Below, in pieces: positions 31,446 to 41,348 of a stretch of DNA of 64,000 nt. The stretch spans positions 1,024,001-1,088,000 of the forward strand of contig CAXXDV010000001.1 in the NCBI GenBank assembly GCA_963674745.2. Direction: 5' to 3'. Source of the DNA: Desulfosudaceae bacterium (GTDB taxonomy: Bacteria > Desulfobacterota > Desulfobacteria > Desulfobacterales > Desulfosudaceae). The notes under the pieces were generated by a model. The model ran no database searches. It saw only the letters and a list, made by a program, of their open reading frames with translations, and was not told where the DNA came from. Every line of letters starts with the position of its first letter. Position 1 is the stretch's first letter. The translations under genes and the position numbers were made by a program.

Positions 31446-32744
31446 TTATTGGCCACCCCGCACGGCACGAACGTAGTATTCGAATGACGTTTTATAACTG
31501 TAGCCGTAAATTATGCCGGAGTAACTGACATGCCAGGCATATTTGGAATTTTCGACGCGCGTCGTGGACGACCAGTAATTGGACGCCTGCGTATCCGGAA
31601 AATAAGCGGTATCAATCCCCAGGTTTGTATACAGGTCGTCCTGTACGATTGATTCCAGCTCCTTTATCGTCGGGAGGCGCCAGTCGTCATAACCGGCCAG
31701 TTCAAGGTCCTCGCACCAGGCCAGGGCATCCAGCCAGATCATTTTATCCCCGGCTGTGGCCTGCATCCACATCAGACCGGTCACGTTATGTGTAACCGTA
31801 CCGTCTCCGTTATCCGTAAAATCATTATAGGTTTTATTTCCGCGAACGGCCCGCACAAAAAATTCAGCCGCTTTGTCCTCGTCGTTGGCAGCTCCGCCTC
31901 TGAACGATACCCCCCAGGCCTGCCCGTCATAAGCCGGGGGTGTTGTCGATGCCCAGTAATAGGAATAGACAGGCGTATTGGGAAAATAATTTTCATCAAT
32001 AGCCGGGTAAAAGTTACCGTAATTCACAAGGTGGATCAGTTCCTTTTTGGTGGGCAATCGCCAGTCTCCATAACCGCCGAACTGCTCGGCATTAAGCTGG
32101 GCGATAAACACATCTTTGGCGTCACTCCAGTTATAGGCACCGAGCCAGTCATGGATACCACCGTCGTCGGTTTTAACTTCCCAGGTCAAGCCGGTAACAT
32201 TGTCTCTGACCATGGCCCATGGTGACGCACTTCTTGACAACTCCTCGCCGGCACTGCCAAGCTTGGTGAACGACGGCGGGTTAATGGAATAGCAGGCATC
32301 CTGCCCGTAAAGAACATCACCTTCAGAAGGACACCGCGTCACCTCCTCACCAGCCAGGTCATAACAGTGGGTCTGGCCGGTATCAGGGACCAGAGACCGT
32401 CCGGCACAGCCTTCGTCAATCTGACCGTCACAGTTATTGTCCTTTCCGTCGCCGCACCGCTCAACCGCACCGGGATTAATGGCTGCGTCATTATCATTAC
32501 AGTCGGTGTTGTCCGCCACATAACCCTGGGGCTGGAAATCACTTTCCAGGAAATTGTTCGGGTCGCCATACCCATCACCGTCACTATCCTGGTAGTAGTA
32601 CGGGCCCCCATCATCGCCGTTGGGTGCTTTGTCGTGGCTGCTGCCACCGCCGCCGGTACCAATGATAGACGCCAGCCCGATCGCGACAACCGCCAGCAGG
32701 ACGGTGTAACGAAACACGGAAGTAAGTTTTGGCTTCTGATTCAT
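31446..32744 (-). CDS. Secreted DUF1566 (Lcl C-terminal-like) domain protein with a Cys/Asp metal-binding repeat
   Basis: DSDGDGYG...DCNDN...NPGAVERC.DGKDNNCDG; PDTGQ; two D..TGL.W...WRLPT..EL...YW....VRAVR domains; AAGGAG RBS before ATG 32744. Confidence 0.85.
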   Translation of the reverse strand: MNQKPKLTSVFRYTVLLAVVAIGLASIIGTGGGGSSHDKAPNGDDGGPYYYQDSDGDGYGDPNNFLESDFQPQGYVADNTDCNDNDAAINPGAVERCGDGKDNNCDGQIDEGCAGRSLVPDTGQTHCYDLAGEEVTRCPSEGDVLYGQDACYSINPPSFTKLGSAGEELSRSASPWAMVRDNVTGLTWEVKTDDGGIHDWLGAYNWSDAKDVFIAQLNAEQFGGYGDWRLPTKKELIHLVNYGNFYPAIDENYFPNTPVYSYYWASTTPPAYDGQAWGVSFRGGAANDEDKAAEFFVRAVRGNKTYNDFTDNGDGTVTHNVTGLMWMQATAGDKMIWLDALAWCEDLELAGYDDWRLPTIKELESIVQDDLYTNLGIDTAYFPDTQASNYWSSTTRVENSKYAWHVSYSGIIYGYSYKTSFEYYVRAVRGGQ

Positions 32745-32778
32745 GACGTTCTCCTTATATTTTTTTCGCTTTTTATAA

Positions 32779-34578
32779 TCATCCCTCTGTTTTTGCGTCA
32801 CTGTATTTATCCTTCCAGTACAGCTTAATTTTCTGTCCCATGCCGCCGGCTGATTGCTGAACGGCTTCGTTGAGATTTTCAACCATGTTCAGGGCGCTGA
32901 AATTGGCTGTTCCCATGGCCGGCACGTCCAGCGCGTCTCCGCCGGCCAGGTCAATTGCCTCAACCGTAAACGTGGCCGTGGTCATTTCCTGGGTCTGACC
33001 GTAAAATTCAAGATTGGTGGTCCCTGTCTTCTGAATCTGGGCCAGCAGAATAATGTCGGCTTTTCTCCGGGGCACAAGCTCCCTGACGCTGTAGTATGTG
33101 ATCGGCACCCGCCCCATCTGAATCTTCTCCCGGAGCCGGGGAATCTCGGCAATGCGAATGACCTTCAACCCACTTTTAAGCATAATGGCCGCCAGCTGGG
33201 ACCGCAACAACGGGACCAGGGTTTCATCTCCGGAAGCGATAACCAGGACATGTGGAACCTTCCGTATCACCGGTCTGTTTTCTGACGGCGACCCTGCACT
33301 GCCCTGATCGGATACGGCCGATCGTCTGACCGCGGCGACTTCACCCGGGGCCTGGAGGGGTTGCTCCCGGGCCGGCTCGGATGCCGGGCGTGCGACTTGA
33401 TCTTGACGCCGGTCGTCCACGGAAGGCGGGGTTGCCGGGATCCCGGCCTCGACCTCGCCCGATAATGCCTGTTCCCGGGGCAAAGTACCCGGTGAAAGGT
33501 TGTCGGGCACCCGGGCGGGGATGGTTTGTTCTTCAACCGCCTGCTCATCCGCCGTTATCTTCTGATAAAAGGATCGGCCCTGCCATATCGCCAGCGCAAT
33601 GATCAGCACAAGGCCGGCAATCACCCCCAGTACGACAGCGTCTGACATGACAGGATTCCCCTTTTTTGACTTTTTTTCTGCTTTCTCCTCTTTTTTGTCC
33701 GCTTTCTTATCCACAGCGGGTGAGGGTTGGGCATGCTGCTTCAACTGTGCGGCGCATTCCCCTATAGCGTCCAGAAGTTGGTTCGGTTTTTGATACCGGT
33801 CAGCCGGGGCCTTGGCCGTCATTTTTTCAATGAGCATGCAAACCGGTTCCGGAACGGACGGATTGATTGTCTGAATCGGCGGCAGCGCCTCGGTGGCGAT
33901 CTTGATTAAAACCGCCTGGGGTGAATCACCGGTAAACGGAGGTTTACCGGCCAGCATCCAGTATAGAATGGCGCCAAGTGAGTAAATATCACTGCGGACG
34001 TCCAGACGCTCGCCACTGGCCTGTTCCGGCGAGGCGAATTCCGGTGTGCCCAGAAAAAAGCCGGTCCGGGTCAGGCCGGTGTCCGCTTCTTCGAAAAAGG
34101 CAATACCAAAATCGGTAATTCTGACCTGACCTTTTTCATTGATCATGATGTTGGCCGGTTTCAGGTCCCGGTGAACGACCCCCCGGAGATCCGCCTCGAC
34201 CAGGGCACCGGCCACCTGAGCGGTGATATCCAGGGCCTCTTCAAGCGGTATGGTTTTTTTCTCCTTGAGGATCCGCCCCAGATCCCGGCCGGAAATAAAT
34301 TCCATGGCATAGTAATAAAGGTCTTCATCCTCCCCGTAAGACAGGATCCTGACGATATTGGGATGTTCCAGAGCGGCAATAACCCGGGCTTCTCTTTTAA
34401 ACCGGATGATAAATTCTTCATCCGAACACAAACGCTGAGACAGGACTTTAAGCGCTACTTTCCGGTTAAGGGAAACTTCATGGGCCTTGTAGACCACGCC
34501 CATGCCGCCCTTTCCCAGAATGCCCTCAATCTGGTAACCCCCGATTACAGTCCCGGTTTCAATATCATTCGCGGCCAT
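32779..34578 (-). CDS. Hanks-type Ser/Thr protein kinase with a TM helix and extracytoplasmic domain
   Basis: LGKGGMGVV, VALK, HRDLKPAN, DFG, GTPEFASPE, DIYSLG; central TM; start reset to ATG 34578. Confidence 0.93.
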   Translation of the reverse strand: MAANDIETGTVIGGYQIEGILGKGGMGVVYKAHEVSLNRKVALKVLSQRLCSDEEFIIRFKREARVIAALEHPNIVRILSYGEDEDLYYYAMEFISGRDLGRILKEKKTIPLEEALDITAQVAGALVEADLRGVVHRDLKPANIMINEKGQVRITDFGIAFFEEADTGLTRTGFFLGTPEFASPEQASGERLDVRSDIYSLGAILYWMLAGKPPFTGDSPQAVLIKIATEALPPIQTINPSVPEPVCMLIEKMTAKAPADRYQKPNQLLDAIGECAAQLKQHAQPSPAVDKKADKKEEKAEKKSKKGNPVMSDAVVLGVIAGLVLIIALAIWQGRSFYQKITADEQAVEEQTIPARVPDNLSPGTLPREQALSGEVEAGIPATPPSVDDRRQDQVARPASEPAREQPLQAPGEVAAVRRSAVSDQGSAGSPSENRPVIRKVPHVLVIASGDETLVPLLRSQLAAIMLKSGLKVIRIAEIPRLREKIQMGRVPITYYSVRELVPRRKADIILLAQIQKTGTTNLEFYGQTQEMTTATFTVEAIDLAGGDALDVPAMGTANFSALNMVENLNEAVQQSAGGMGQKIKLYWKDKYSDAKTEG

Positions 34579-34914
34579 GGAGTCCGCCCCCCTGTTTGAA
34601 CATTTCAGTTGCCAGGAATAATTGCGAAACGCACACCGAAAAAACACCCCGGCGTTTTTCTAAATCAAAACAGTTTGTTTTTTTTTGCTTAACCCATTTC
34701 TTTTTTTAACGGGTTTAGGTTGAAAAGTCAATAAATTAGAAACCAGTTATTACGCTTTGGTGCCTGATTGTTAATCTTCATCTATTAAAATCAAAAAAAC
34801 GGCTTCCTGAAGCGTCGGATAGCCTTTCGAAATAATGTTGAAAACCAGACGCTGTTGGTTGTGTCTTTGATGGGATGATCTTGTGAAGAACAGGCAGGAC
34901 TTTGTCGGCGGATC

Positions 34915-34958
34915 CATCAAGGGCATAAGCGCAGTTAACTGTGCTTATGCCCTTGATG
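34915..34958. repeat. 44-bp near-perfect palindrome
   Basis: CATCAAGGGCATAAGCGCAGTT|AACTGTGCTTATGCCCTTGATG, one mismatch. Confidence 0.8.
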
Positions 34959-34987
34959 CCATATTCACCCGTTTCCGAAATATTGCA

Positions 34988-37588
34988 CTACGGCGTTGTG
35001 AGCACCGGAAGCGCCTCCATCCGCCCGTCGGTGGTGACGATTTCAAGCCCGCACAGGCGCATGTCCGATTGCAAACGAATGTGCGTGGTCTGTTCCGGGT
35101 AAGGGTCGCCAAGCAGATCCGGCATACCGAGAACACGATTACCGGCCATGGGCACCAGCAACACACCGGACCCGGTAACGGCCCCATTTTCATCAAAGCC
35201 GGTAACGGTAACGGTGGCATCCGTGAGGTTGGCGTTGGCCAGGGCAACTGTTGCCCGGGCATTCACAATTCCGATATATCCATCCGTAAAGGACAGGTTG
35301 TTGAGGTTTACACCCGCCGCCTGAGACGATGGATAGGACTGGGCAAAAAGAACAAGACCATCCATGTTCATCGGCATCGTCCCAAAGGGCGTCTCAAAAG
35401 CGGCGCGGCCAACGATACGGGCCCATTGGTTGTCTTCGCCCAGGACGGCATCGAGGGAAAGGGCTTTCCGGAAATACGGTGACCACTCGCCCGCGAAAGC
35501 CGCGTTGATCTCGCCGGCTCCGGTATATCCGAAAATGCCGACAAAGCCACGTGTGTTTCTGTTTTGGATCCCAACGCCCGTATAGCTTCCCGCCACCGGG
35601 GACATATAGGGCACCACCAGTTCTTGAAGGGCACGATCGGTCAGCGCAAGCGCCGAAAAATCGCCCGGAGCACCGAGGTTCTCGATTATCTCCACGGCGG
35701 CGATGCCGGTATCCGCCTCCAGAAACGACAGGGGGTCATCCTGCACGGGCCACAAAACCAGTTGACCGAAAGGTTTGACGTAGTACTCGATAAAAGCGCC
35801 GGAAGCATAGACTGCGGTCATCACGATCGTCTTATCACTCGGGTTGCAGGCAGCGACCATTGTCCGCCATCTGCTGTTGTCGGCAACATGGGGAACGGCC
35901 AGGGACGTACACAGTGAAATAGGGGCTGGCCAGGCGCACCGCTGCCCCGCAAGTCCTGTGGCGCGGGTGTAACCTGCCAGATTTGCATCCGCGACAATAA
36001 CGGCTCCGGCGGCATTAACCGGAATGGCTTGGCAGGGAACGGTCATTTTGCCCATGGCCCTCAAAGGCGTGGTCGTGGTTGAAATCAATGCCCCGCTTGC
36101 ATCATAGTATTCGAGCGTAACATCCGTTAAATAGGGATCGAGATTGATCAGCCCCACTTCCGCGCAGGCACCGAGATCGGCGCCCAGAAAGGGATAAAAA
36201 AGTTCAGCGTGTTGGATGCTTTCGGCAGGCCCGCCGAAAAGCGTGGTGATAAAACCATTGGCGGACAGATCATTGTCCCCCCGCCGGCCGTCAACAAAGT
36301 GCAGCACCACCCGGTCACTAAAGATCTCGGCACCGGTTTCACCGTCATACATGAAGAGATACCAGTGGTCTATGGGATTGTCAGGTGTTTTTCCATAGAG
36401 CCAGAAGTTCTGAATGGCGCTGCCATCCACAAAAAGGGTCAGCGTCGTGTTCGTCCGGCCGTTCAGCTTGATATACTGGGCAGAGAAAAGGCCGTAGGGA
36501 AAGCTTTGCCATTGGGGCCGATCCTGGCCTGTTTCGGCAAGGGCGCCATAGAGCATCTGATAGTTGGGAACGGCCATGGTCATGCAAAACACTTCGTCAT
36601 CAGCATCAAAGACGGGAAAGGTTGATACCGAAGACTGTTTATAGTCCGGTATACCGTCAGCGTTACCGTCGTAATTGGGTTGAGGATTTATACACCCCTG
36701 CTCCTTGCTGTCGTCAACAAAATCCCCGTCAAAATCCTCCTTCGGGGTCGTCATAACACCATAGGTAAAGCCGTCGACCATTGTGCCGCTTCTAAGGTCC
36801 GGATTGGTTACCGTGACGTCCACCGTTCCAGCCGGATGGGGCGGTGTCTGACCGGTGATGGTGGTGCTGTCAACATACAGTATCGAGGCCGTGTAGCCGC
36901 CAAAGGTGACCGTCAAACCGGGGGTAAAGTCTGTTCCCGTTATGGTGAACAGGGTACCGCCTTCGGGGGGGCCCCAGGCCGGTGTAATGTCGGTTAAGCC
37001 GGGATAAATGGCCAGCACGGCCTGGACTTCGACACTGTCGACATGCCAGCACCAGGCCGGGGTGTTAGTGGCCTGGTATCGCCAGCGAAGCATGATGGTG
37101 TGCCCCAGATAACCGGCCAGGTCCTCGACTTCACTGGTGCCGCCCACCGCCGGTGTCCCGCCCGGCGGGTCGTCACTGGTCTGGGTACGCAAAGAAAACC
37201 AGGTGGTACCGCCGTCCATGGTGATATCCACCCATATTTCACCGTTGCCGGCATAGTCCTGAAACATGCTGGCATAGGTCAGTGACGCCCAGGTGGCGGC
37301 TGTCAAATCTATAGGTGGCGACCGCAGTTCGGTGTCCCAGAAGATGCCGTTGGTATCCCCGGGGTGGGCAACGGCGCAGGCCCCGCTGCCGGCGGCACAG
37401 TAGTTGGGCACGCCGCGGGCCACATTGCTCTGCCAGCTCCCGCCGATCACGTTGTTGACGATGGTCCAGCCCGGCGGCGGAAACGCACCTTCAAAAGATT
37501 CCTGCAAAACGATCGTCTGGGCATTCCCGCCAGCAGAAAAAAACAGCACGAAGGCCAGCAACAGGCCCAAAACAGTAAACCGTTTCAT
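34988..37588 (-). CDS. Secreted multidomain protein (adhesin-like jelly-roll, IPT/TIG, choice-of-anchor-U-like domains)
   Basis: Signal peptide; ESFEGAFPPPGW; ITPAWGPPEGGTLFTITGTDF...DVTVTNPD (IPT/TIG); FPYGLF...YGKTPDNPIDHWY.FMYDGETGA...VDGRRGDNDL. Confidence 0.8.
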   Translation of the reverse strand: MKRFTVLGLLLAFVLFFSAGGNAQTIVLQESFEGAFPPPGWTIVNNVIGGSWQSNVARGVPNYCAAGSGACAVAHPGDTNGIFWDTELRSPPIDLTAATWASLTYASMFQDYAGNGEIWVDITMDGGTTWFSLRTQTSDDPPGGTPAVGGTSEVEDLAGYLGHTIMLRWRYQATNTPAWCWHVDSVEVQAVLAIYPGLTDITPAWGPPEGGTLFTITGTDFTPGLTVTFGGYTASILYVDSTTITGQTPPHPAGTVDVTVTNPDLRSGTMVDGFTYGVMTTPKEDFDGDFVDDSKEQGCINPQPNYDGNADGIPDYKQSSVSTFPVFDADDEVFCMTMAVPNYQMLYGALAETGQDRPQWQSFPYGLFSAQYIKLNGRTNTTLTLFVDGSAIQNFWLYGKTPDNPIDHWYLFMYDGETGAEIFSDRVVLHFVDGRRGDNDLSANGFITTLFGGPAESIQHAELFYPFLGADLGACAEVGLINLDPYLTDVTLEYYDASGALISTTTTPLRAMGKMTVPCQAIPVNAAGAVIVADANLAGYTRATGLAGQRCAWPAPISLCTSLAVPHVADNSRWRTMVAACNPSDKTIVMTAVYASGAFIEYYVKPFGQLVLWPVQDDPLSFLEADTGIAAVEIIENLGAPGDFSALALTDRALQELVVPYMSPVAGSYTGVGIQNRNTRGFVGIFGYTGAGEINAAFAGEWSPYFRKALSLDAVLGEDNQWARIVGRAAFETPFGTMPMNMDGLVLFAQSYPSSQAAGVNLNNLSFTDGYIGIVNARATVALANANLTDATVTVTGFDENGAVTGSGVLLVPMAGNRVLGMPDLLGDPYPEQTTHIRLQSDMRLCGLEIVTTDGRMEALPVLTTP

Positions 37589-37885
37589 TGCGCGATCTCC
37601 TCATCAAAATAAATTTTTACAAATGGCTCCTGCCCGCCCTTTTTCACAAAAATTCAATCGAAGACGAGTCTGTTGAACCGGGGAAAGTGGTTATAAACCG
37701 CAAGGCCAGGGCCTCTTGAACATTTTATTATACAAAACACCTTTTAAAAAGATTAAGATAGCACAGCATATATTGTACGTCAATGTGCTACGGCCACTAC
37801 ATGTTGAGACAGGTTTTTAGTGAACACGACGGGCTGTTTCAAAAAAGGCAAAAAAAGATGCTGGTTTTTAACCGGGATCGGGCAT

Positions 37886-38860
37886 TCAAAAATCGAAACA
37901 GGCAACGATCTGAAAAATCGCATCAGCTTCCATTAACCGCCTACTTCGCTCCGGGAAGGTTCTGCTGCTGCTCGCCGCTTTCAGCTTCCATTGTATTCCA
38001 CTTGTCCATGTTGGCGCCGGGCTTGCAGGCCGGAACAGGCTTGACGACAGACACGCCAGGCCTGACCGGCATTTGCTGTTGCATCTGATCCGACTTGAAC
38101 ATTTCCGAGCCGGCAGGTGTCCATTTGTCATGTGTGGCGGTCGGCCTGGTGATCTTGCCGTATCCGGCGGAAGGTTTATTGTATTTGTTTTCCCCTCCTT
38201 TTGATTGAATCTTTCCTTTAAGGCCGTTATGTGAAGGCTTACCTTTTCCTCCGCCGTGGCAGGCGCCTGCAGGTTGTTCTCTTTACAGTAAACGGTGTTG
38301 ACCCGGTCCACGTCGAACCATTCGGCCATGGTCACGCCTGAGGAACCAACGTCTTTGAGGGCGGACAACTTATGCGCCCCGAGCTGCCGGTACAACTTTT
38401 CATGAAGAAAATCGAAAAAACGCAGGTACTGCCGGGATGCGGCCATGTATGGCCAAGCCTGCTGGGACGCCAGGAAGCTATCCACCGTGCCGTTTTCTCC
38501 CCTTTCCCCCCGGCATTCGGGCTGGCGTTCGGTGCATCGGAAATGATCCTTTCTCTTTCCGGAATAGTATTGCCCAAGGGGGTAGAGGCGGCATACCAGG
38601 GGGCGGGCCGGGTGTACGGAACAACCTTCACCGGTAAGAAAAATGCAGGTGTTGTCTTCCCCGGTAAACAGGAGAAAGGGGGCGTCAGACCTGAGGTGGT
38701 TGTCCAGGAGCATACCTGTCGAAATACCGAGGAAATCCGCCAGCCTTACCACTTCGTAGGGGTTGATTTGGATCTGCTTGCTGCGGCAACAACGCCCGCA
38801 TGCCTTGCAGTCAAAAGAAAAGGGGGTGCTGCGGTGCATTTTCTCGTTCTGCCTGCCCAT
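37886..38860 (-). CDS. YkgJ family CxxCxxCC Zn/Fe-chelating protein; C-terminal ~90 aa doubtful
   Basis: FDCKACGRCC, CIFLTGEGCSVHPARPLVCRLYP. Confidence 0.8.
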   Translation of the reverse strand: MGRQNEKMHRSTPFSFDCKACGRCCRSKQIQINPYEVVRLADFLGISTGMLLDNHLRSDAPFLLFTGEDNTCIFLTGEGCSVHPARPLVCRLYPLGQYYSGKRKDHFRCTERQPECRGERGENGTVDSFLASQQAWPYMAASRQYLRFFDFLHEKLYRQLGAHKLSALKDVGSSGVTMAEWFDVDRVNTVYCKENNLQAPATAEEKVSLHITALKERFNQKEGKTNTINLPPDTARSPGRPPHMTNGHLPARKCSSRIRCNSKCRSGLACLSSSLFRPASPAPTWTSGIQWKLKAASSSRTFPERSRRLMEADAIFQIVACFDF

Positions 38861-38882
38861 GACCAATATCCTGTCAAGGATT

Positions 38883-38957
38883 TGGTGATCCCTACGGGAA
38901 TCGAACCCGTGTTACCGGCGTGAGAGGCCGGCGTCCTAACCGCTAGACGAAGGGACC
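38883..38957 (-). tRNA. tRNA-Glu (anticodon CTC)
   Basis: GGTCCCT/AGGGATC acceptor stem plus ACCA, anticodon arm CCGGC-CTCTCAC-GCCGG, T-loop GGTTCGATTCC. Confidence 0.97.
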
Positions 38958-39056
38958 ACATTGTCGAAGCATCGCGCTGCAGACGGTATATTGGTATAAA
39001 AACCGCGTTACTTTGTCAAATGAAAATTGCCATCACGAAGATTTCGTCCGAGTCTA

Positions 39057-40586
39057 TTATATCTGTTTTCTGTCCAGAGCTCTTAGCTGAATGGCTTCGG
39101 CCACGTGATCGGCGCAAAGGCTTTCTTGGGCGGAAAGATCGGCAATGGTCCGGGCAACCTTGAGAATACGATTATATGCCCGGGCCGACATGCCCAACCG
39201 GTCAATAGCGGTTTCCAGCAGCCCGGTGGCGGGTGCGTCTGTTTTACAAAACTGCTTGATCAGCCGGCTGGGCATTTCAGCGTTACAGTGAACGGCTGAT
39301 GAAGCAAACCGGATTTTTTGAACGTTTCTGGCGATAAGAACCCGTTCTTTGATGGCTGCCGATGACTCGGAGCGGATATCCCCGGCCATATCCCGAAAAG
39401 CGAGGGCCGGCACATCGACATGGAGATCGACCCGATCCAGCAGGGGCCCGGAAATGCGGGCCTTGTAGCGATGTACTTGCGAGGCGCTGCAGACACACTC
39501 ATGGCGGGGGTCATTCAAAAAACCGCACGGACACGGATTCATGGCTGCCACCAGCATAAAGGATGACGGATAGGTAATGGAAACCGCCGCTCGGGAAATG
39601 GTCACCTTCTTATCCTCCAACGGTTGTCTGAGCATTTCCAGCAGTGCCGTCTTGAACTCAGGCAGTTCGTCCAGAAACAATACCCCGTGATGGGCCAGGC
39701 TGACTTCACCCGGCCGGGGGTTGCCGCCCCCGCCGATGAGGCCGGCATAGGAAATCGTGTGGTGGGGGCTCCGAAACGGCCGCCGGGCGATTAATGCCTG
39801 GCCCGGGTCAAGCTGATCGGCCACGGAAAACACCTTGGTCACGTCAATGGCTTCATCAAAGGACAAATCCGGAAGAATCGAGGGAAGACGCCGGGCCAGC
39901 ATGGTTTTTCCCGAACCGGGCGGGCCGGTCATGAGCAGATTGTGCCCTCCGGCGGCGGCAATTTCCAGGGCTCTTTTGGCGTTTTCCTGGCCGGCCACCT
40001 CGCTGTAGTCTTCAGGGCAGGACCGGCCCTGATCAAATATCCGCCGATGATCCAGCCGGGCGGGAGACAGGTCAACGCTGCCGTCAAGAAAGCCGACGCT
40101 CTGGGCCAGGTTTTCCACGGCATAAACCGCGATATCATTCACCACAGCCGCTTCCGGGCTGTTTTCAGCCGGTACCAGTACCCCGCGATACCCCCATTGC
40201 CGGGCGGCCAGGGCCACGGGCAGAACACCTCTGACCGGCCGCAGACGGCCATCCAAGGACAATTCACCCAGAACCAGGTAATCGGAGAGGACCTCCGGCG
40301 AAATCACGCCGGAGGCCGACAAGATGCCCAGGGCGACCGGCAGATCAAAGCCGGTGCCGCTTTTTTTGATATTGGCCGGGGCCAGGTTAACGGTGATATG
40401 GTCGTCCGGGAACCAGTAGCCGGAATTGACAATGGCCGCCTTGACCCGCTCCCGGCTCTCTTTTACGGAAACTTCGGCCAGCCCCACGGTGGTGTAATAG
40501 GGCAGCCCCCGGGTGATATCCACTTCCACTTCAACCCGATAGGCATCGACACCGATGACGGCACTGCTGAAAACCCTGGTAAGCAT
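39057..40586 (-). CDS. comM: YifB/ComM Mg-chelatase-like AAA+ ATPase
   Basis: VNLAPA, GHNLLMTGPPGSGKT, PFRSPHHT, GVLFLDELPEF, AAMNPCPCG, SARAY. Confidence 0.95.
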   Translation of the reverse strand: MLTRVFSSAVIGVDAYRVEVEVDITRGLPYYTTVGLAEVSVKESRERVKAAIVNSGYWFPDDHITVNLAPANIKKSGTGFDLPVALGILSASGVISPEVLSDYLVLGELSLDGRLRPVRGVLPVALAARQWGYRGVLVPAENSPEAAVVNDIAVYAVENLAQSVGFLDGSVDLSPARLDHRRIFDQGRSCPEDYSEVAGQENAKRALEIAAAGGHNLLMTGPPGSGKTMLARRLPSILPDLSFDEAIDVTKVFSVADQLDPGQALIARRPFRSPHHTISYAGLIGGGGNPRPGEVSLAHHGVLFLDELPEFKTALLEMLRQPLEDKKVTISRAAVSITYPSSFMLVAAMNPCPCGFLNDPRHECVCSASQVHRYKARISGPLLDRVDLHVDVPALAFRDMAGDIRSESSAAIKERVLIARNVQKIRFASSAVHCNAEMPSRLIKQFCKTDAPATGLLETAIDRLGMSARAYNRILKVARTIADLSAQESLCADHVAEAIQLRALDRKQI

Positions 40587-40806
40587 TCGCCCTCCTTGGC
40601 TTTATGTTTTATCTTTTAACGGTTCCCAAAACATTCCGGTCTTATGCTGAAACGATTCTGACACATTTTCTCTTGTTTTCCAAACGCATTCCAACACTCG
40701 ACAAACAGAAGGACGAAAGATAAACGCTGTTTAAAAAGCGCTTGCTTTAACAGCCGCTGCGCGGTTAACCTACAGACGTGGTATATCCTTATAAAAAGGG
40801 GGAGGC

Positions 40807-41160
40807 ATGAAAAACACGGTCATTGTAGTCGTTATTATTGCTGCCGTTGCGGGTCTCGTTTTCTTTTTCAATAGTTCTCGATATGATACCCAGGCCGAAC
40901 AATATTTATTCTCCGCCATGGAAAGCCAGATGACCTGCATGATGGCCTCCGGGGAATTTACACAGGACGAAAATATCATAAAGCTAAAAAAAGGGCTGGG
41001 AAACAAGCCTGATATTCACCTTAAAATTCTGGAAGCTGACGCAAGAAATTTTGTCATGGAAGTTTATCATAAAAAGGGAAAAACGATTTATTCCGGCACC
41101 CTTGAATATCTGGAGAACAGCAACGATACAAACCATCTGATTACAAGCAGACCGAGATAA
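40807..41160 (+). CDS. Small membrane-anchored protein, type IV pilin-like
   Basis: GGAGG RBS; N-terminal hydrophobic helix followed by a pilin-like alpha1C segment; no prepilin cleavage motif. Confidence 0.65.
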   Translation: MKNTVIVVVIIAAVAGLVFFFNSSRYDTQAEQYLFSAMESQMTCMMASGEFTQDENIIKLKKGLGNKPDIHLKILEADARNFVMEVYHKKGKTIYSGTLEYLENSNDTNHLITSRPR

Positions 41161-41261
41161 CCCCCCCCCTCAGATATCAAAACCAGGAACTTATGATTCG
41201 CACCGGGTGATATGTGAACCGCCACCCTCACCGTAAACCACTTAAAACAATAAAAAAAGCA

Positions 41262-41290
41262 TTGACTTAAGGCTGGTTTCAGGTTATATT
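41262..41290 (+). promoter_or_regulatory. sigma70-like promoter of lpxC
   Basis: TTGACT-17 bp-TATATT. Confidence 0.65.
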
Positions 41291-41348
41291 ACCCATCAAT
41301 TATTAACGACCAGATGTCGAGCAATCGACTTTTATATAAGGCTTACAT

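Noticed and set aside
37675..37720. c-di-GMP-I riboswitch-like words (GAAA...CGCAAGGCC...GGCCT)
   Set aside because: The P2 stem does not pair properly, and the motif is on the strand opposite the adjacent gene. An Infernal search with the c-di-GMP-I model would settle it.
37940..38190. Alternative minus-strand frames under the YkgJ tail
   Set aside because: No start codon correctly spaced from the SD-like sequence and no recognisable motif; a separate gene cannot be supported.
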